This document shows, in pieces, positions 12,465 to 25,924 of a stretch of DNA of 64,000 nt. The number at the start of each line of letters is the position of its first letter. Position 1 is the stretch's first letter. Source of the stretch: Podarcis bocagei (lineage: Eukaryota); assembly GCA_964188305.1 (NCBI GenBank), contig OZ076889.1. One strand, written 5' to 3'. The translations under genes and the position numbers were made by a program. Below the pieces are notes generated by a model. It saw only the letters and a program-made list of their open reading frames with translations, searched no databases and had not been told where the DNA came from.

Positions 12465-12682
12465 CACTGGTACCTCAGGTTAAGAACTTAATTCGTTCTG
12501 GAAGTCCGTTCTTAACCTGAGATACCACTTTAGCTAACGGGGCCTCCCGCTGCTGCTGCTGCCGTGCCGCCGCCACCGCATGATTTCTGTTCTCATCCTG
12601 AAACAAAGTTCTTAACCTGAGGTACTATTTCTGGGTTAGCGGAGTCTGTAACCTGAAGCGTCTGTAACCCGAGGTACCACTG
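12465..12682. mobile_element. Tc1/mariner (Tigger-like) MITE
   Basis: TIRs ca(c/g)tggtacctc.ggtta / taacccgaggtaccactg with TA TSD. Inverted relative to the copies at 29230 and 44600. Confidence 0.9.
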
Positions 12683-13023
12683 TATTAGCATTCAAATGGC
12701 AGAATATACTTTATAATCATTCAGACTTGGCAGAAAATAGGACAATGCAGGACATGCACATACCAGAGACTCCCAATATTTGCCACTGCAAACAAGGAAA
12801 AGGAAATAGTTTGGGTTACTGTGCTATAGTACCATGTGGTAGTTATTGGTGCAGAAAGTATTTGTAGAGCAGCATCAATCTGGAAACTGAAAATTTGGCA
12901 CACTAAATATTCTGTATTATATTTGGAGATTTTGATCCAGTTCTGTGGTAAGCAACAGGCAAAACAATCTGCTTCAAAATATTTAGCAATGTTTCACATC
13001 AAAGCAATATATCCAACTTTGTT

Positions 13024-13068
13024 TAAAATAAAATAAAATAAAATAAAATAAAATAAAATAAAATAAAT
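13024..13068. repeat. (TAAAA)n microsatellite
   Basis: Direct reading. Confidence 0.95.
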
Positions 13069-16000
13069 TGCAACCAGGAAAGGGCTAGGTGACTCTACTG
13101 TATTTCCATCCCATGTCACTTTCGCATTTTAAAAAACCTACAGTTCTATTTACCGGTAATTTCATTCTGCGCTAATTTGTTATTTTTTTTCTGTTTAAAA
13201 GATCTACTCAAAGTAATGTTTAGCTACATATTTGGAAATCTTTAAACTGTCATGAATGACATTGCAACATTCTAAAAAGGTGCAAAATTTATTGAATAGC
13301 TAAGTTCCAATCCACGCATTTGTCAGTGAAGTGTGGAAATTCACAAAGATCTCATTCTCTGAGCCTCCACAGCCCTGGACACTTTACAGACATGGGACAT
13401 AAATGGAAGGAATTGGGATAGAAGAGATTTTACATCCAATCCATTAGGAGTAGAAAACATGAAACACCTCCAAGATAAGAAAGGGCTCGAGGAGCCAGGA
13501 CAAAAGAGATCTCTGGTAACTGTTTTCAAGATTTGTTATTGAATTTCAAAACAGCTCATTTATTTGTTCCCATTTCTCAACAAATGTACATACAAAGAGG
13601 CAGTGAATTTGTCCTTGACATTGTATTCCCACTTACAATGAAGAGTTAAAAAGCTTGATTTCCTTCTGTAAAGGTGGGTTCCCCCCCCCTTTTTATATTC
13701 TGGGGAGATTGGACAAGCAATGCTTTAATTTAAACAAACGTTCTGTCTGCTATCCAAGAGACCGACTGAGCCAGCAAAATTCAATGTTGCATCGAACAGG
13801 CGCCTCATCAATTTTGCACCAGAATTTTAATTTTATCTGGGAATAAAGAATAAACTCACCCATTTTGCACCATCCCTCCCTGCAAAGACAAATACCTGTA
13901 AAAAGCCCAAGGGGTTTAACAAACTAAGAAAATCAATAAACTTTCTTTCCCCTACCAATATCTAAATGGACGGTGTGTGGGTGTGTGTATGTTATAACTC
14001 AGTAACTGTTGAACAAAGGTCACTGCTGATTTGAGTCAGACTTTATAACCAAGATTGCTTTTTTAAAAAATAAAAAGGAGGGGGGGAATAATAAAGAAAA
14101 CAGTTCTTTTTCCCTCCTGCACTGGGAATGCAGAAAGATAGAATTCATATAAATGTTCATATGAGTTTGGAATGTCATTACACACTGCGCTGTTGAAAGA
14201 GCCCTATAAACTGTTAAGGGATACTCAAGATATTATGATACAGCAATGCTAGCAAGGTTAAGTCGTGGGCTGTAAAACAGCCTCCACGTACGACAGGAAT
14301 CTAGCTGATAAATGCAGTAGCATCATCAATCTATATGAAACAGAGACACACGTGAAAAATTGCCGGACCAATGATCTTTGCTCTGCTTTAATGTTTGCAT
14401 TGTTAGAGTGCATTTCAGTCCTTCCAATGATGGATATTACCCATTGGAAATTTATCTTCTCAAAATGAATCCATTAGAATAGAAATGCTGGGTGAGAGTG
14501 ACAATGAAAGTGGGGAATGGGGTGAACACAGGGCTTCCAAGCTGATTAAAAAATAATATTTGGTGTCATAGCTATCGCTGCTTTTGCATAATGTTATTCG
14601 CTCAAGCAGGCTGCCACACATATATGGAAACTTGTAAGATATGTGATGCAAATGGAAGTTCCCAACCCAACAACTGGATTCATTAGCATGAAATTTCATT
14701 GCCTAGGGATACTCAGTTAAGATAAAGAATGAGAGCTTATGGAAAGTATCCTGGATTTAACATTCAGTCCCACAGATGTTTGAACTGGAATATTCAGTGG
14801 TTTCAGAAACCTAGTGTTGACCACTGAGAGCACTGCAGAAAGAAGATTCCATTTAGCTCAACAATGTCAAATCTTGTTATTTCAGGCCTTTATAAACATG
14901 CATATATTAATCCCATGCCTATTTATATTCATACTTCCATTTTATGTAAATAAATGTTATAGGAGAGAAAGTCACCTCCCTATCAGCTACTTTAAAATAT
15001 GGAATAATAATGAATAGTCCATACATTCCTGAATGGCTGACACCTAGATTTTCAGAACATTTTTCTCAGAATTTGTGGAATACTCAATAGATCTTTACTT
15101 GCATAGATAAATGCACATGTTGTCAATAAATCTGGTTGCATGACTGATTTATAGCCACTCGCAGCAAAACAGAACCTGATTGTCTTCTGTACAGTGGGCC
15201 CTTTTTCACAGGAAAATTGTCACTCAATCTACAATATAAATTAAGCACAGCTGCCTTCTACCTACTATCCATGAGACAGATACACCAGTAACAGTAAAAG
15301 GGCTTGTACACATGATTAACTGTGGCATATGTGCAAAATCTATGTCATGTATGGATCGGATACTCTTGAAGATGAGTTCACCAAGTTTCAGACTGTACTT
15401 TGGCAGCTTGGAGCAGCCTTCATCATCATAGTTAACATAAAATTATACTTTCTTTTATTATAATTTCTTTGATTTTGGGCTTCTGGGAATTAAATTGTGA
15501 TTTTACTTTTCCAAAGCAAATTAAAACTGGTTTCCACAAAATACTTTTTGGGGTCTCAGGGGAAAATAAACATTTATTCAGCAGGATAGTTTGTTATGGT
15601 AGTTCTGTTCTGTTTGTTAGCAAGGCATTTTATGTCCCTCCCTGCTTCCTTTATTTTACCTCTTCTGCAGCCTACCAGGAAAATCCTTAACTATCTTTAA
15701 GAAGATGTACTCAGTGGTTGGTATATTGGATGGTGCTGAGTTAATTTTGTCTCCCACCAATTCTGTTGAGCTTCTTTTGGATTTAGCAGAAGGCAAGCTC
15801 CATAGGTGACAACTCATTCAGTGCTTTGAAAATACCTTTCGAGCAATTCCAGTAACTTGTCTGGAGACCTCTAACCCTTTTTGCAGAACTGTAGTGCATT
15901 AAAGTGAGATCCAGCCATTTTGTTCTAGGGAATGATAGATAATTATTTTAATAAAAAGGTGTCGGAGGATTCTAAGCTCATCCAGGGACAGAAAAGTCTC

Positions 16001-19000
16001 ATGGCTCCCTCAAATATGGGAATGGCAACAATCACCTGCTGATTTCAAAAATATCAGTTCTCCAAGCAAGGCAGGTGGAGTCAAGGAAAAGTATGATAAG
16101 TTGGGAGCAGAGAGAGGAATTCAATGTAGCTCTAAGCACATATTTTTATCAGAACAAGAATTTCTGCTTGCCTGATGAAACAGTCTGCCCTCTCTTCCCC
16201 TTGTGCATCCATATGGGTATATTAAAATCTCATCTCAACACACTGAATTCAGGGCTGAACTCTTGCATGTACTGTATGCTGTTTACATCTGCAAGGCTTT
16301 GAGCCTTCACACGTGGCCCTGGGGCTGGAACTGGCTCCATTGGAGCTGGTGCACCAAAAGTAACCATATGAAGCCAATGTTGTTAAAACCATTTATCCAT
16401 TTATGCACAATGCAACTGGAGATTTAGGACCCTAATGGGGGATGAAATATGAACTGCCAGTTTCTGGTGGCCTTGTGATTTTATAGAGAGAGGACTGTGG
16501 AAACAGAGAAGGGAAGAGGCCAGCTGAGAAAGGAAAAGAGGACAGAGGACAGAGAATTGCGAGAATAATGGAGGAGGATATTTGGGAGGAACCAAGAAAG
16601 GGCAACAGAGGATCAGAGAAAAGGGAAGTCAGCATCAGAATGCACCCAGGCAAGTGGAGAGAAGGTGCGTTTTGGTGTAAGTGGAACTTGGAAGAAAGAA
16701 CCAAGGAGGAGGAGCAAACAAAGAACACAGCTTGAGAGGAGACTTGAGATTGGGCCTACAAATCCAAAATGAGAGGCTAACGATACTCAGGACCATGACA
16801 CTGGGTGTTTAGTTCTGAAGCATACCACAGTGTGAGGAGAGATGGGAAAGCAAGACAACACTGAAAGAACCACTGTCTGCAATTCATTGTCCAAATAAGA
16901 TACTGACCTATTGCTTGCAATATGTGTACTTTTGATGTTGATCTGCCCCTCTCCCCATTGAGACCCAACAGATGTGGCAGTCACAAAGTATTCACAGGCT
17001 GTACACATTTTACAAGGAAGGAGTGTTGCTCTTCAAACCTCCTTACCACATAGGGCTAATTTTTCCTAGTTGCAGCTTTAGTGAAAAAAAGTACTTTATA
17101 TTTGTACAACCGGAGGGTGTGAAAGCATTGATTCCTTTTGTTTGTTCTGTGTCATTTCTTATTGTAAAGAAGATACATGCATAAAAGTGGGAGATCGCTT
17201 ATAGTTTGAAAAAGAAAGAAAAAATATACACCTTTGAGCATCTGCAGTGAGCTATCCTATTAAGGATAAGAACAAAATCATTCTGTGGGGGAAATATCCA
17301 TTAGTGACATCTTAATGCATCCCAAATAAAGTAGGCTCTGAAATGCAGTATGTGGCTTAACCAAGGAATCAGCGATATTAATCACACCCTTTATAGGCAT
17401 TTTGCCGCCACATTCAGGATTGGTTCACTCTAGCATGATTGCTCTGTCTGGTGGAAAAAAACAAGTGTAATGTGACATCATCAATCTAAGGCAGAGAATG
17501 GAATAGATTTTCTGATTATGGGGTTAAGTGATGCATCAAGAGGGAGCAGAGCTTGGTCATTGCTAATAATTTAAATTTAGGAAGACCGAGTGCTATGACA
17601 TTATCTGAATGGCATTAAAGAGGGACTCTTTGATGCCAGCAATTTATATGTGTCTTTTCTTTGCTATGTCTGTATTTATTATCCTTAGAAGGAGGAGAAT
17701 CCAAGCTAAGGCAAATTAAGCAGTTCTGCCCTTTGGGCTCCCTTCACATGTAGATTTGATTCAAGATCAAAGCAATCCTTTCATGAAAAGACTTTTGGAC
17801 ACGAAGAGGCAGCTTCTTCATCCACTTTTGGCTGTGCAAGGCCCACTGAAGCCAACTGTATTCATTGTATACATCCAACATATAACAATTGGGGTGTATT
17901 AAGTATCTAGTTAGCCTGGGAGCATAGTTCAATGGCTGGTAAAACTGATGGATGTGATAGAGGGATGTTCATATGTAGTGTAATAGTTAATGCTGTAAAC
18001 CATGAAAATGAAGCATGAGACTTTTCATGCAACCAAAGGAATTTAATTTTAACCCAGGAAATTACAGTCATCTTATAGAATGTCCATTGCTCTGGTCTTC
18101 TGCTCCTTGCCTGGTGTTCTTCATGAACCTCATGAGATACAAACACTCATCATGGATCACTTTCCTTGAGTCACCATCTCTAAGTCACCATCATTACATA
18201 AGGGCATGCCTTTTGTATCTGTGTTGAATCAATTGCATATATTTAAGCATATGTGTTGGCTGCTTTTCTCACATTGGCTTCAGTACGTGAGAAGCAAACA
18301 CACGGAGACATACACATGCACCCCATGATTTGCACAGAACGTATCCCATCATTTGCAGTTCTTGCATTTGGTGGAAGAAGAGTCTTGAATTCAAGAAGCT
18401 CTCTCGTATCATGGGAAAATGATAAAGTTTGCCCAAGTTGTGACCTTAACTCTCTAGCTTTATCCATTCATGCATAGATCTTTGTCCTCACAACTCAGCC
18501 CCTTGGGAAGCTCCAAATGGATTGCTCAGATTCATAACTTTGATGCACTCCAAGAGAATAAAATAAAAAGCGAACTGCTTCTTATCCTCATTTTTTATTA
18601 TTTTATTTTGAAAAAATACTCCAGCAGAAAGCTTTCTTTTCAAGCCTAATTGTTGTGTGAGGCTGGGAGTCTTCCTGAATATTGCAGCCTGGAAGCAAAA
18701 GTTAAATCTTACCTCCCCAGCTGTACCCTCTAAGAAGATCACCTCTCATTAGATTTGGGGTGGGGAAGTGAAAAGACTTTTTTCAAGCCTAATTGCTGGC
18801 GGGTGGGGGGCAGACTGTGTGTGTATGTGGTGGTATGGGAATAGTTGCAGTGTGCATGTGGTGCCCATGACAGCCACTCTAGCTTGACAGCCCTGAAAGG
18901 TTGACAACAGGGGCTTCTCTCTTTTGCCTCGTGGCAAAAAATAGCCAGCCTTACATTTGACGTCTCATTTGCCCCTGAGGTTATTCCCACAGTTGTGAAA

Positions 19001-20524
19001 ATGCTTCTTCCATCTTTGCCGCTTCCCTCTGGCCCAGCATCTTGTTCTTCTTTAGCTAAAAAAAGATTTCCAGCTAATGACATGGAAGGGCTCAGGTATC
19101 TATAACTTCGTATTTCTTCTCTCCAGATAACAGATGGCTCTGATTCTGAAAGTTGGAGTCAGAAAATGGTGTATCAAAATATGGTTGCAGATGAGCTGCA
19201 AATAACTTCAATGCTATGGTACTAACCCCATTATAAAAAGATTGAGGAAAAGAATCCAGACTTCAGAGATATTCCTATTTCTTAGTGCCACTAATGCACA
19301 CATTGAGCACACATAGACTATGTATCTCTTTGTATGCCTCATTTTCTGAAGTTTCTAGTTTCCATGTATTTCTTTGACTCATTATCATTGCCTCTAGTTC
19401 ACCAAAAGTATGCTTCAAGCAGAGCATTTTAAGCTTGGAATGTTCCTTGCTTAATAATGCCATTATGGCTGAATGGTTGACTTCTCTCTGTGGATGGTGA
19501 AAGACCGCCCTGGGATTCCACCCCCCCCCCTTTTTGAAAAAGAATATTTTCATCTAAGCATAAGACTGGATAATTCATATATATATATATATCTGAAAGA
19601 ACTGCCCCTAAAATGCCATCAACTTACTGTTTTATCCACCACTTAAGCACGCACACAAAACTTCTTTTCATGCCAATGCAGCAGTTTCTCACTATGCTCT
19701 CTGTTTTATGTTTCCCTAACATTTAGCAGAGGAGAAAAGTTATATAATGTCAGTGTGAGTGTGTATATATATTCCCTTGCCAATGTTCCCATCCTTAGCG
19801 GTGACTTTCCAGATTCCAGGGCGTCAACTCACGGGGGGTGGGGCGGGGGGCGAGAACAAATTATTCCTTTAATTTCATGAAAGATGATGAGGGGAAAGAG
19901 AAAAGACAAGGTTTTAATCTTCAGAATGATTTTTTATTTTTTTTCCTGATCTGGCACATCTGATCTGGAAGGATAAAAGTTGGTGGCCGAAAAGGCATGA
20001 GGCACATTGATATGGTATAATTGATTTTCTCAAATATAAATATATGAAGCTGATGCTTCATAACATATAAATATGGCTAGAGGAATATATCCTTTGGATG
20101 AGATATGAGTGTGAAGGTCCAAACCCTTAAGAAAGAGCTTACCAATGGGAGAGTCTGCAGAAACTAGGATCTTCGGCAGATGAAAGATGGTTCTAGGGCA
20201 CAAGAAGAAGAGATAAGAAGCTATAGGATTTGGGGCTAATTTGATGAAACATTTGCAAGGGAAAGAAATGACTTACAGTTTTGCCTTTGATCATTGTATG
20301 AGTGTCTTGTGCTATTTCTTGGTGATGTGTGTTCCTTTAAAATGGGCAGCCAATACCAGTTTGATGGTAAAAAGCAAGAAATACTAAAATATAATGCTTG
20401 AGAAGCACCATATAGAAGCTTCACTTTTGCCCCACTTCCTCAGTTCAGCACACAGCATCAGGGTGTAATTCATCTCAGCTTGTACTATGGGACAAGCTGT
20501 ATCGGCACCTTGCTGATGCAGTAG

Positions 20525-20728
20525 GAGGGCAGAGTGTGGTAGCGGTTTTACATAGTGGTATATCACTGATGAAACCGCACAACTCCTGAGTCCCTGTGCT
20601 AGCAACACTCGCCGAAGGAAGTTGGTAGCAGAGGGACTCCGGAGCGGTGGCGGTTTCACCAGCGATATACCACTGAGTGAAGCTGACATCACAGTCTGCT
20701 CCTCATATTGATATATCGCCCAGGCATA
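20525..20728. repeat. Long imperfect inverted repeat, probably part of a hAT-Ac-like MITE
   Basis: Core arms agtggtatatc...(20554) / ...gatataccact (20674). The nearby tgatatatcgcccaggcata resembles a hAT terminus (cgatatatcgcccagcccta). Confidence 0.6.
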
Positions 20729-20787
20729 ACACATTCCTTCCTTCCTGAACAACTGATTGCCTTCCAGCTTTTTCAAAGCTAATAGAC

Positions 20788-21076
20788 CAGTAGAAGCTGG
20801 TTTATTAGGGCAAATGGCACACTGCCCCTAACTTCCACCTGCCTCAAGTTATCTCCTATCTGCCTTCTTACAACCAGTCTAGGGGGGGTGCCTTGGTTAT
20901 CAGTTTCCTCCTCTTTAGCCTCAGTTTTGCCTTTGTACAACTCAGCAGGAAGGACAATGGAGACAAACCTGGAATTAGTTCTCTCTATCATTCCATCATC
21001 TCTGCTTGTCATTGTCTCTGGCTCCACCTACTGTTGGCCTCCCTAACTTCTGCCCAATGGGCACCAGCCACCACTT
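20788..21076. mobile_element. Non-autonomous DNA transposon, same family as 2984-3179
   Basis: cagtagaagctgg...gggcaccagccaccact termini and shared internal blocks. Confidence 0.6.
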
Positions 21077-23124
21077 CAAAAGGACAATTAGCTACCAGCT
21101 GGCTAATCGCAGAGGCCCTATGCCACCCATTTGCAAATGTGATTCCCCATCCAGCTTGGGGTATGCATACAAAATCAGTATATTTGGAGTGTATATAGCA
21201 GGACTGGGCTGAAAAGTTCCTTTCCTGTGATCATCACATTACTTCTTATTTAGATATTTTATATTACCCTTTAGCCGGTTCATTTATTTTGCCTGTCCTA
21301 TAGCTTACTGCAATTTTAATTTTAAGCCTTGCAAAATAAAAAAGAAAAACTATCAAGCAATTAACTAAACATCAAATCTGTGACATTGGAATTGATCTTG
21401 TAACAAGGAAGGCATAGCTAAGTTGGGGTCATCAGTTCAATTCTGAGCCATCAGGCATTAAGGAAACACCATTCTTTAGATGCAGTTCGTGGCCACATCT
21501 GGTCTGGCAAAACATTATAGCAAGCCTGTGTCCACTTTAAATACTGTATAGCAAAGCCACAGTTTGTCAGAATAAGGAGTCAGGGGATGAGAACTGACAG
21601 CTGGCCAAGAAAAACCTGCCTGGGCATTTCTCATCTCTGGGATGTTTCTGCATTTGACGGCTTCAATCTTTCATTCTGAGATGTGTATTGATTGGCTTAG
21701 GAATTACTGTACACATATATCTCTACACAGTGGAGTGATAGAAAAGCAAACTTTCCCCCAAAGTGTCATATCCCAATGGGATGGGAACGATTGATTTTTG
21801 CCCATTGAATGTCTGGATTCTGCACGTTTCTATCCAGCCAATTTTCTTTCCAGAGGCCCCACTCTAGTTCACTTAATTGTGTTTTCCAAGCAAGGAGTCT
21901 AGAGGGATATGTCACTGTTTCTGTCCAAGGCAGGCACAAATCTCTTTAACCCATTTGGGTGTGTGTGCACTTTTTCTGCAGAGTCGATAATGTGGTTAGT
22001 GAATCTGTACCTGAAAGAACTATTAAATATTCAACTGAATAATATAGGGAATGTAAAAGATTGATATAAGGAGAACTGTAAGGGCTGAATAAGGAATACA
22101 CACACACACATATATAATTTTTATTGGGGTGCAATTACTGCAAACATAGACTTCCATTTTGGTTTGGATAGTATATTTATGTCTGAATCTGCTTTTAAGA
22201 TAATAGCTTAGGAAAAACAATTGAACTGGCTATTTCCCTCCAAGTTTATTAGGACATTTTTCTTTGTATTTATAGTATGTGTCAGTATAATAGCATCTAA
22301 AAGCTTCAAGATTTCTTGCATATTGAATCCATGCATATGAAACTGAGTTCAAAATGGAGACCATGCTAAGTAGTTTTTCAGGAATGAAACAATTCTTTTT
22401 GATGATTCAACCATTAGGTGGCAACAGTTTAATATAGCTGGCTGTATTTTGTTAATATTATTAGCACTGCAACTCAGCCAAGTACCCCTATTTAAATATG
22501 CACTGACTGGAGGGAGCATGCTTCCAGGAGGCAAGAAAGGATAAAAACCAAGGGATATGGAAGATGCATAGCTCAGGCCCCACAAGTCTTCTTGACTCAA
22601 GACTCATATTCTACTATATGAACACCTGGCTGGTATATCCAGAATCATTTCCTCCTGGATTTGGCAGTAGAAGTGTCCCTTTTTCTGGCCCACATTATTT
22701 TGGGTGAACTAGGGTGATACAAGGCCTCTTAGAGTCCCAAGAAGCAGTGGGGAAACCTACAAACACTACAAAAAGAAGGCATAGCTTTGCTCTTCTTCAT
22801 TCCACATTGGAATCATGGATTGCACCACTTCTTTGCTTTCAAGGCTGTGAAGCTTTCCAAATCTTGTATTTGGTGACCATCTTCCTGATCTCCAAGGGTG
22901 GGCACATCCTTGAATATTTGTTAGAAATTTTTTAAAATGTGCACATTCTGAAGGGTTGGCCAACAGGACAAATCAAATGGCAGAAAGACATCACATAGAC
23001 CCAAGTAGTGTGCAAGCTGCTTTGTAGTACACCAGCTATCACCTCTGCTGAGAGGAAATTAAATTCAGTTAACAATTAATGGTGACTTTACCTAATTTGC
23101 ACTGTCTGAAACACTATGCAATCA

Positions 23125-23478
23125 GGACCCAGCCATCCTTTGAAATGTTCACTTCTCTGAATTTTGTAATGCACTTCCAGCTACGTAATGCGTACATAAA
23201 CACATTACTAGGGTAAAGTCTACATATAAATGCATATATTAGTGAAAATAATACACAAAATGCATTTCTGGGGGGATGCTGCTTTGCAAAAATGTGTTTT
23301 GTAGGAAAAATTGCCTACAAAATGTGTATATTAAGAGAAAGTCACACTAAAGTGCTGGTGAATTTTCATGATGACTTTTTTAAATGGCAAACTAGTGTGG
23401 AAATTCAGACAACTGAACTTATTTTAAAAAAAGAGAGAAATGGGGAGAAAGTTAAATTGGCAGATTTGCTCAAACCTA
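23125..23478 (+). mobile_element. AT-rich hAT-Ac-like element with ~30-bp internal subrepeats
   Basis: Repeated caaaaatg(c/t)..atattag.gaaa units. Homologous to 36630-37045. Confidence 0.65.
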
Positions 23479-23841
23479 CCTTCTACTCCCTCAAAATAAC
23501 TTGATGTAAGATTGCTTGACAAGGATCGCTATGGTAGAGAACCAACTGTAGAAGATCAAGGCATAATGACCACAGAAGAGATTCTGTAGTCACGTTCATT
23601 ATTGTCCACTTGGTGAAATCCATGGACAAGTAGGTGGGAAGGGGAAGCCCAAGCCCCATACAGTATAGGTTTTGCCTGCAGAGAGCTCCAAGTAGTTAGC
23701 ATGATCCAATGATAGCTAGTGAAAGCCTCTGATTCCCTGCTCAGAGGTGATGAGAGCGTTGGGACTAATGTGACTCTCTTTAGCTATTGCAGATGAAACC
23801 AAGGGAAAAAAGCAATCAAATCCATTGCAATCCTACCCTCC

Positions 23842-23981
23842 AGGAGGAGGAGGATAACCTGTGGTCTCCAGATATTGTGGACTACAACTCACATCATCCC
23901 CTGACCCTTGACTATGCTGGCTGGGGCTGATGAGAAATGAAGTCCAAAAACATCTGGAGAGCCACAAGTTCCCTATCCTTG
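23842..23981. mobile_element. hAT-Charlie-like short palindromic MITE
   Basis: aacctgtggtctccagat...ggactacaactc / agtccaaaaacatctggagagccacaagtt. Same family as 45609-45744. Confidence 0.8.
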
Positions 23982-24779
23982 CTTTACATTACCTTGAAGA
24001 CAGTTCTGTTGAACTCAATGCGAATTACTTGTGAGTAGATATGTCTAGGATTGTAAGGGCACGAGCAGGCACACTGCATCTGTGTAGAGACTCTTAGCAG
24101 CTGAGATGGGTTGTCTGAATCCCACTATTACAACAATTTACTACAATTCTGCTTATTTCTTTTTATATCTTTCTGGATATATACTTTAAGCCAGCTTTCC
24201 AACTGAGGCTACCGAAGTGGCTCAAACATAAAAGCTTTTCAGTATAATATACAATAATAAAATATTCAATAAAACAAGCAGCCAAATGGATTAAAAACAA
24301 TAAACATTCCATCAATCATACATAATATCAGCTCGCACGAAAGCTCAAATATTACCTTGGACATAACATGGATCCAGGAAGCTGGATATATTGATCAGTC
24401 TGGAATGTATAGTGTAGTTTCAGTCTGGAGGGTATTATTCTGTTCCAAAGAAATGGAGGGCAACAGCTCATGAGCTGACTCTGATTGCTTTTGAGCACCA
24501 CAGAGATAAATTGTTTCCTTTTTATTTTTGAATCATTTTTTGAAATCAGCTCCTAAAATGTGCTGGCTAGGAATAGTATTGTATGTGTTGTCCATTTACA
24601 GAGAGGGCATTATTCCATCAGATAAGGTTCAATAAGTGCATCAATCAGAAAACAACAGTGGCAGTTATGTGCCTGCTTAGGGGGTAGAGAGAGACTTAGA
24701 TCACAAACAGGTATCTCACTGTCCACTCTAACCCTCCACCTCTTTTGGACCAGCCTCCCCAGAGTTCCCTCAGAAGATG

Positions 24780-25295
24780 GATCAATTATTAAACCACTCT
24801 GAGAATTGCAGCTCTGTGTGCGGAATAGGGGTCTCCCAACAGCACACAGAGGGAGGGAGGTGGTGCTGTGGGTTAAACCACAGAGCCTAGGACTTGCCGA
24901 TCAGAAGGCTGGTAGTTCGAATCCCCGCGACGGGGTGAGCTCCCGTTGCTCGGTCCCTGCTCCTGCCAACCTAGCAGTTCGAAAGCACAAAGTGCAAGTA
25001 GATAAATAGGGAAGGTAGACGGCGTTTCCGTGCACTGCTCTGGTTCGCCAGAAGTGGCTTAGTCATACTGGCCACATGACCCGGAAGCTGTACGCCGGCT
25101 CCCTTGGCCAATAAAGTGAGATGAGCGTCGCAACCCCAGAGTCAGTCACGACTAGACCTAATGGTCACGGGTCCCTTTACCTTTAACAGCACACAGCACC
25201 CTTAACAAACTGCAGTTCCCAGGATTCTTTGGGAGAAACCATGTGTGTTTAAAGTGGTATGATACTGCTTTGAATGTACAGTGCAGATGGGGCCT
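24780..25295. mobile_element. Harbinger-like MITE remnant interrupted by a Sauria SINE
   Basis: Body cagcacccttaacaaactgcagttcccaggattctttggg and right TIR tgaatgtacagtgcagatggggcc. Confidence 0.65.
24850..25184 (+). mobile_element. Sauria SINE
   Basis: B box agttcgaatcccc, tail ccctttaccttt, perfect 12-bp TSD aacagcacacag (24838-24849, 25185-25196). Small internal deletion near 25010. Confidence 0.92.
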
Positions 25296-25924
25296 TATTC
25301 AGATACATTTTTAAGTTTTAGCAATTGGCAGCATCCAGAGAGAAAGGAACACTGAACCACCTTAACAGGTGTTTTATACAGACTGACTACCCCAAGCAAA
25401 GCTATACAAGGCCTTATAAGGAGCATCAACTTTCACAAACTTTTGATAGGCTCCCATCTGTCACATAAAAGACGGTCGTTATCTTTGGTAATCGTGTTAC
25501 TTCATGTTCAATGTGACTCATGTTTGCAACACAAAAAACTGAACTCTTGCCACATGCCTGCTTCCGATGGCTCTACTAATAGCTAAAAATAATACTCAGT
25601 ATGTCTCATCCTATGTGATGAATTCTTATTTTAGAAGAGTTCAGGGCTCAGCTCCCTTCTCAAGTCCTCTAGGAGTCAGAGCTCTTGAGCTGATGGATAG
25701 AGGTCCTTCTGTCTACTGCACATGTAGGAAAATGCATGTATATTAAGTCCAAAACTTGTAATCTTGCACACCGTGCAGTTTCATGGGCAAATTTTGAATT
25801 GTTGATAATATGGTGTAGGATAGCTAATGGCAGTGCTTTTCTTCTATTTTTTCCAAAAGTGCTGGTACCCTTGAGTATCCCTAGAAAAAAAGCAGTGTCT
25901 AATGGTTTTAGGATAGCTTTACAG

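Noticed and set aside
13373-13515. Possible plus-strand exon (cag| ... ctg|gtaact) with one open frame
   Set aside because: Weak polypyrimidine tract and an unrecognised peptide; compatible with chance.
16440-16780. Purine-rich block as a solo LTR or coding exon
   Set aside because: No TG...CA termini, TSD or recognisable ORF could be established.
18955-19083. Possible minus-strand exon MSLAGNLF...ETSN with a gtaagg donor
   Set aside because: The peptide is not recognisable, the acceptor is weak and no partner exons were found. It would need RNA-seq support.
20384-20776. 130-aa minus-strand ORF that looks protein-like
   Set aside because: It spans an inverted repeat and MITE-like sequence, and I recognise no homology or convincing splice context.
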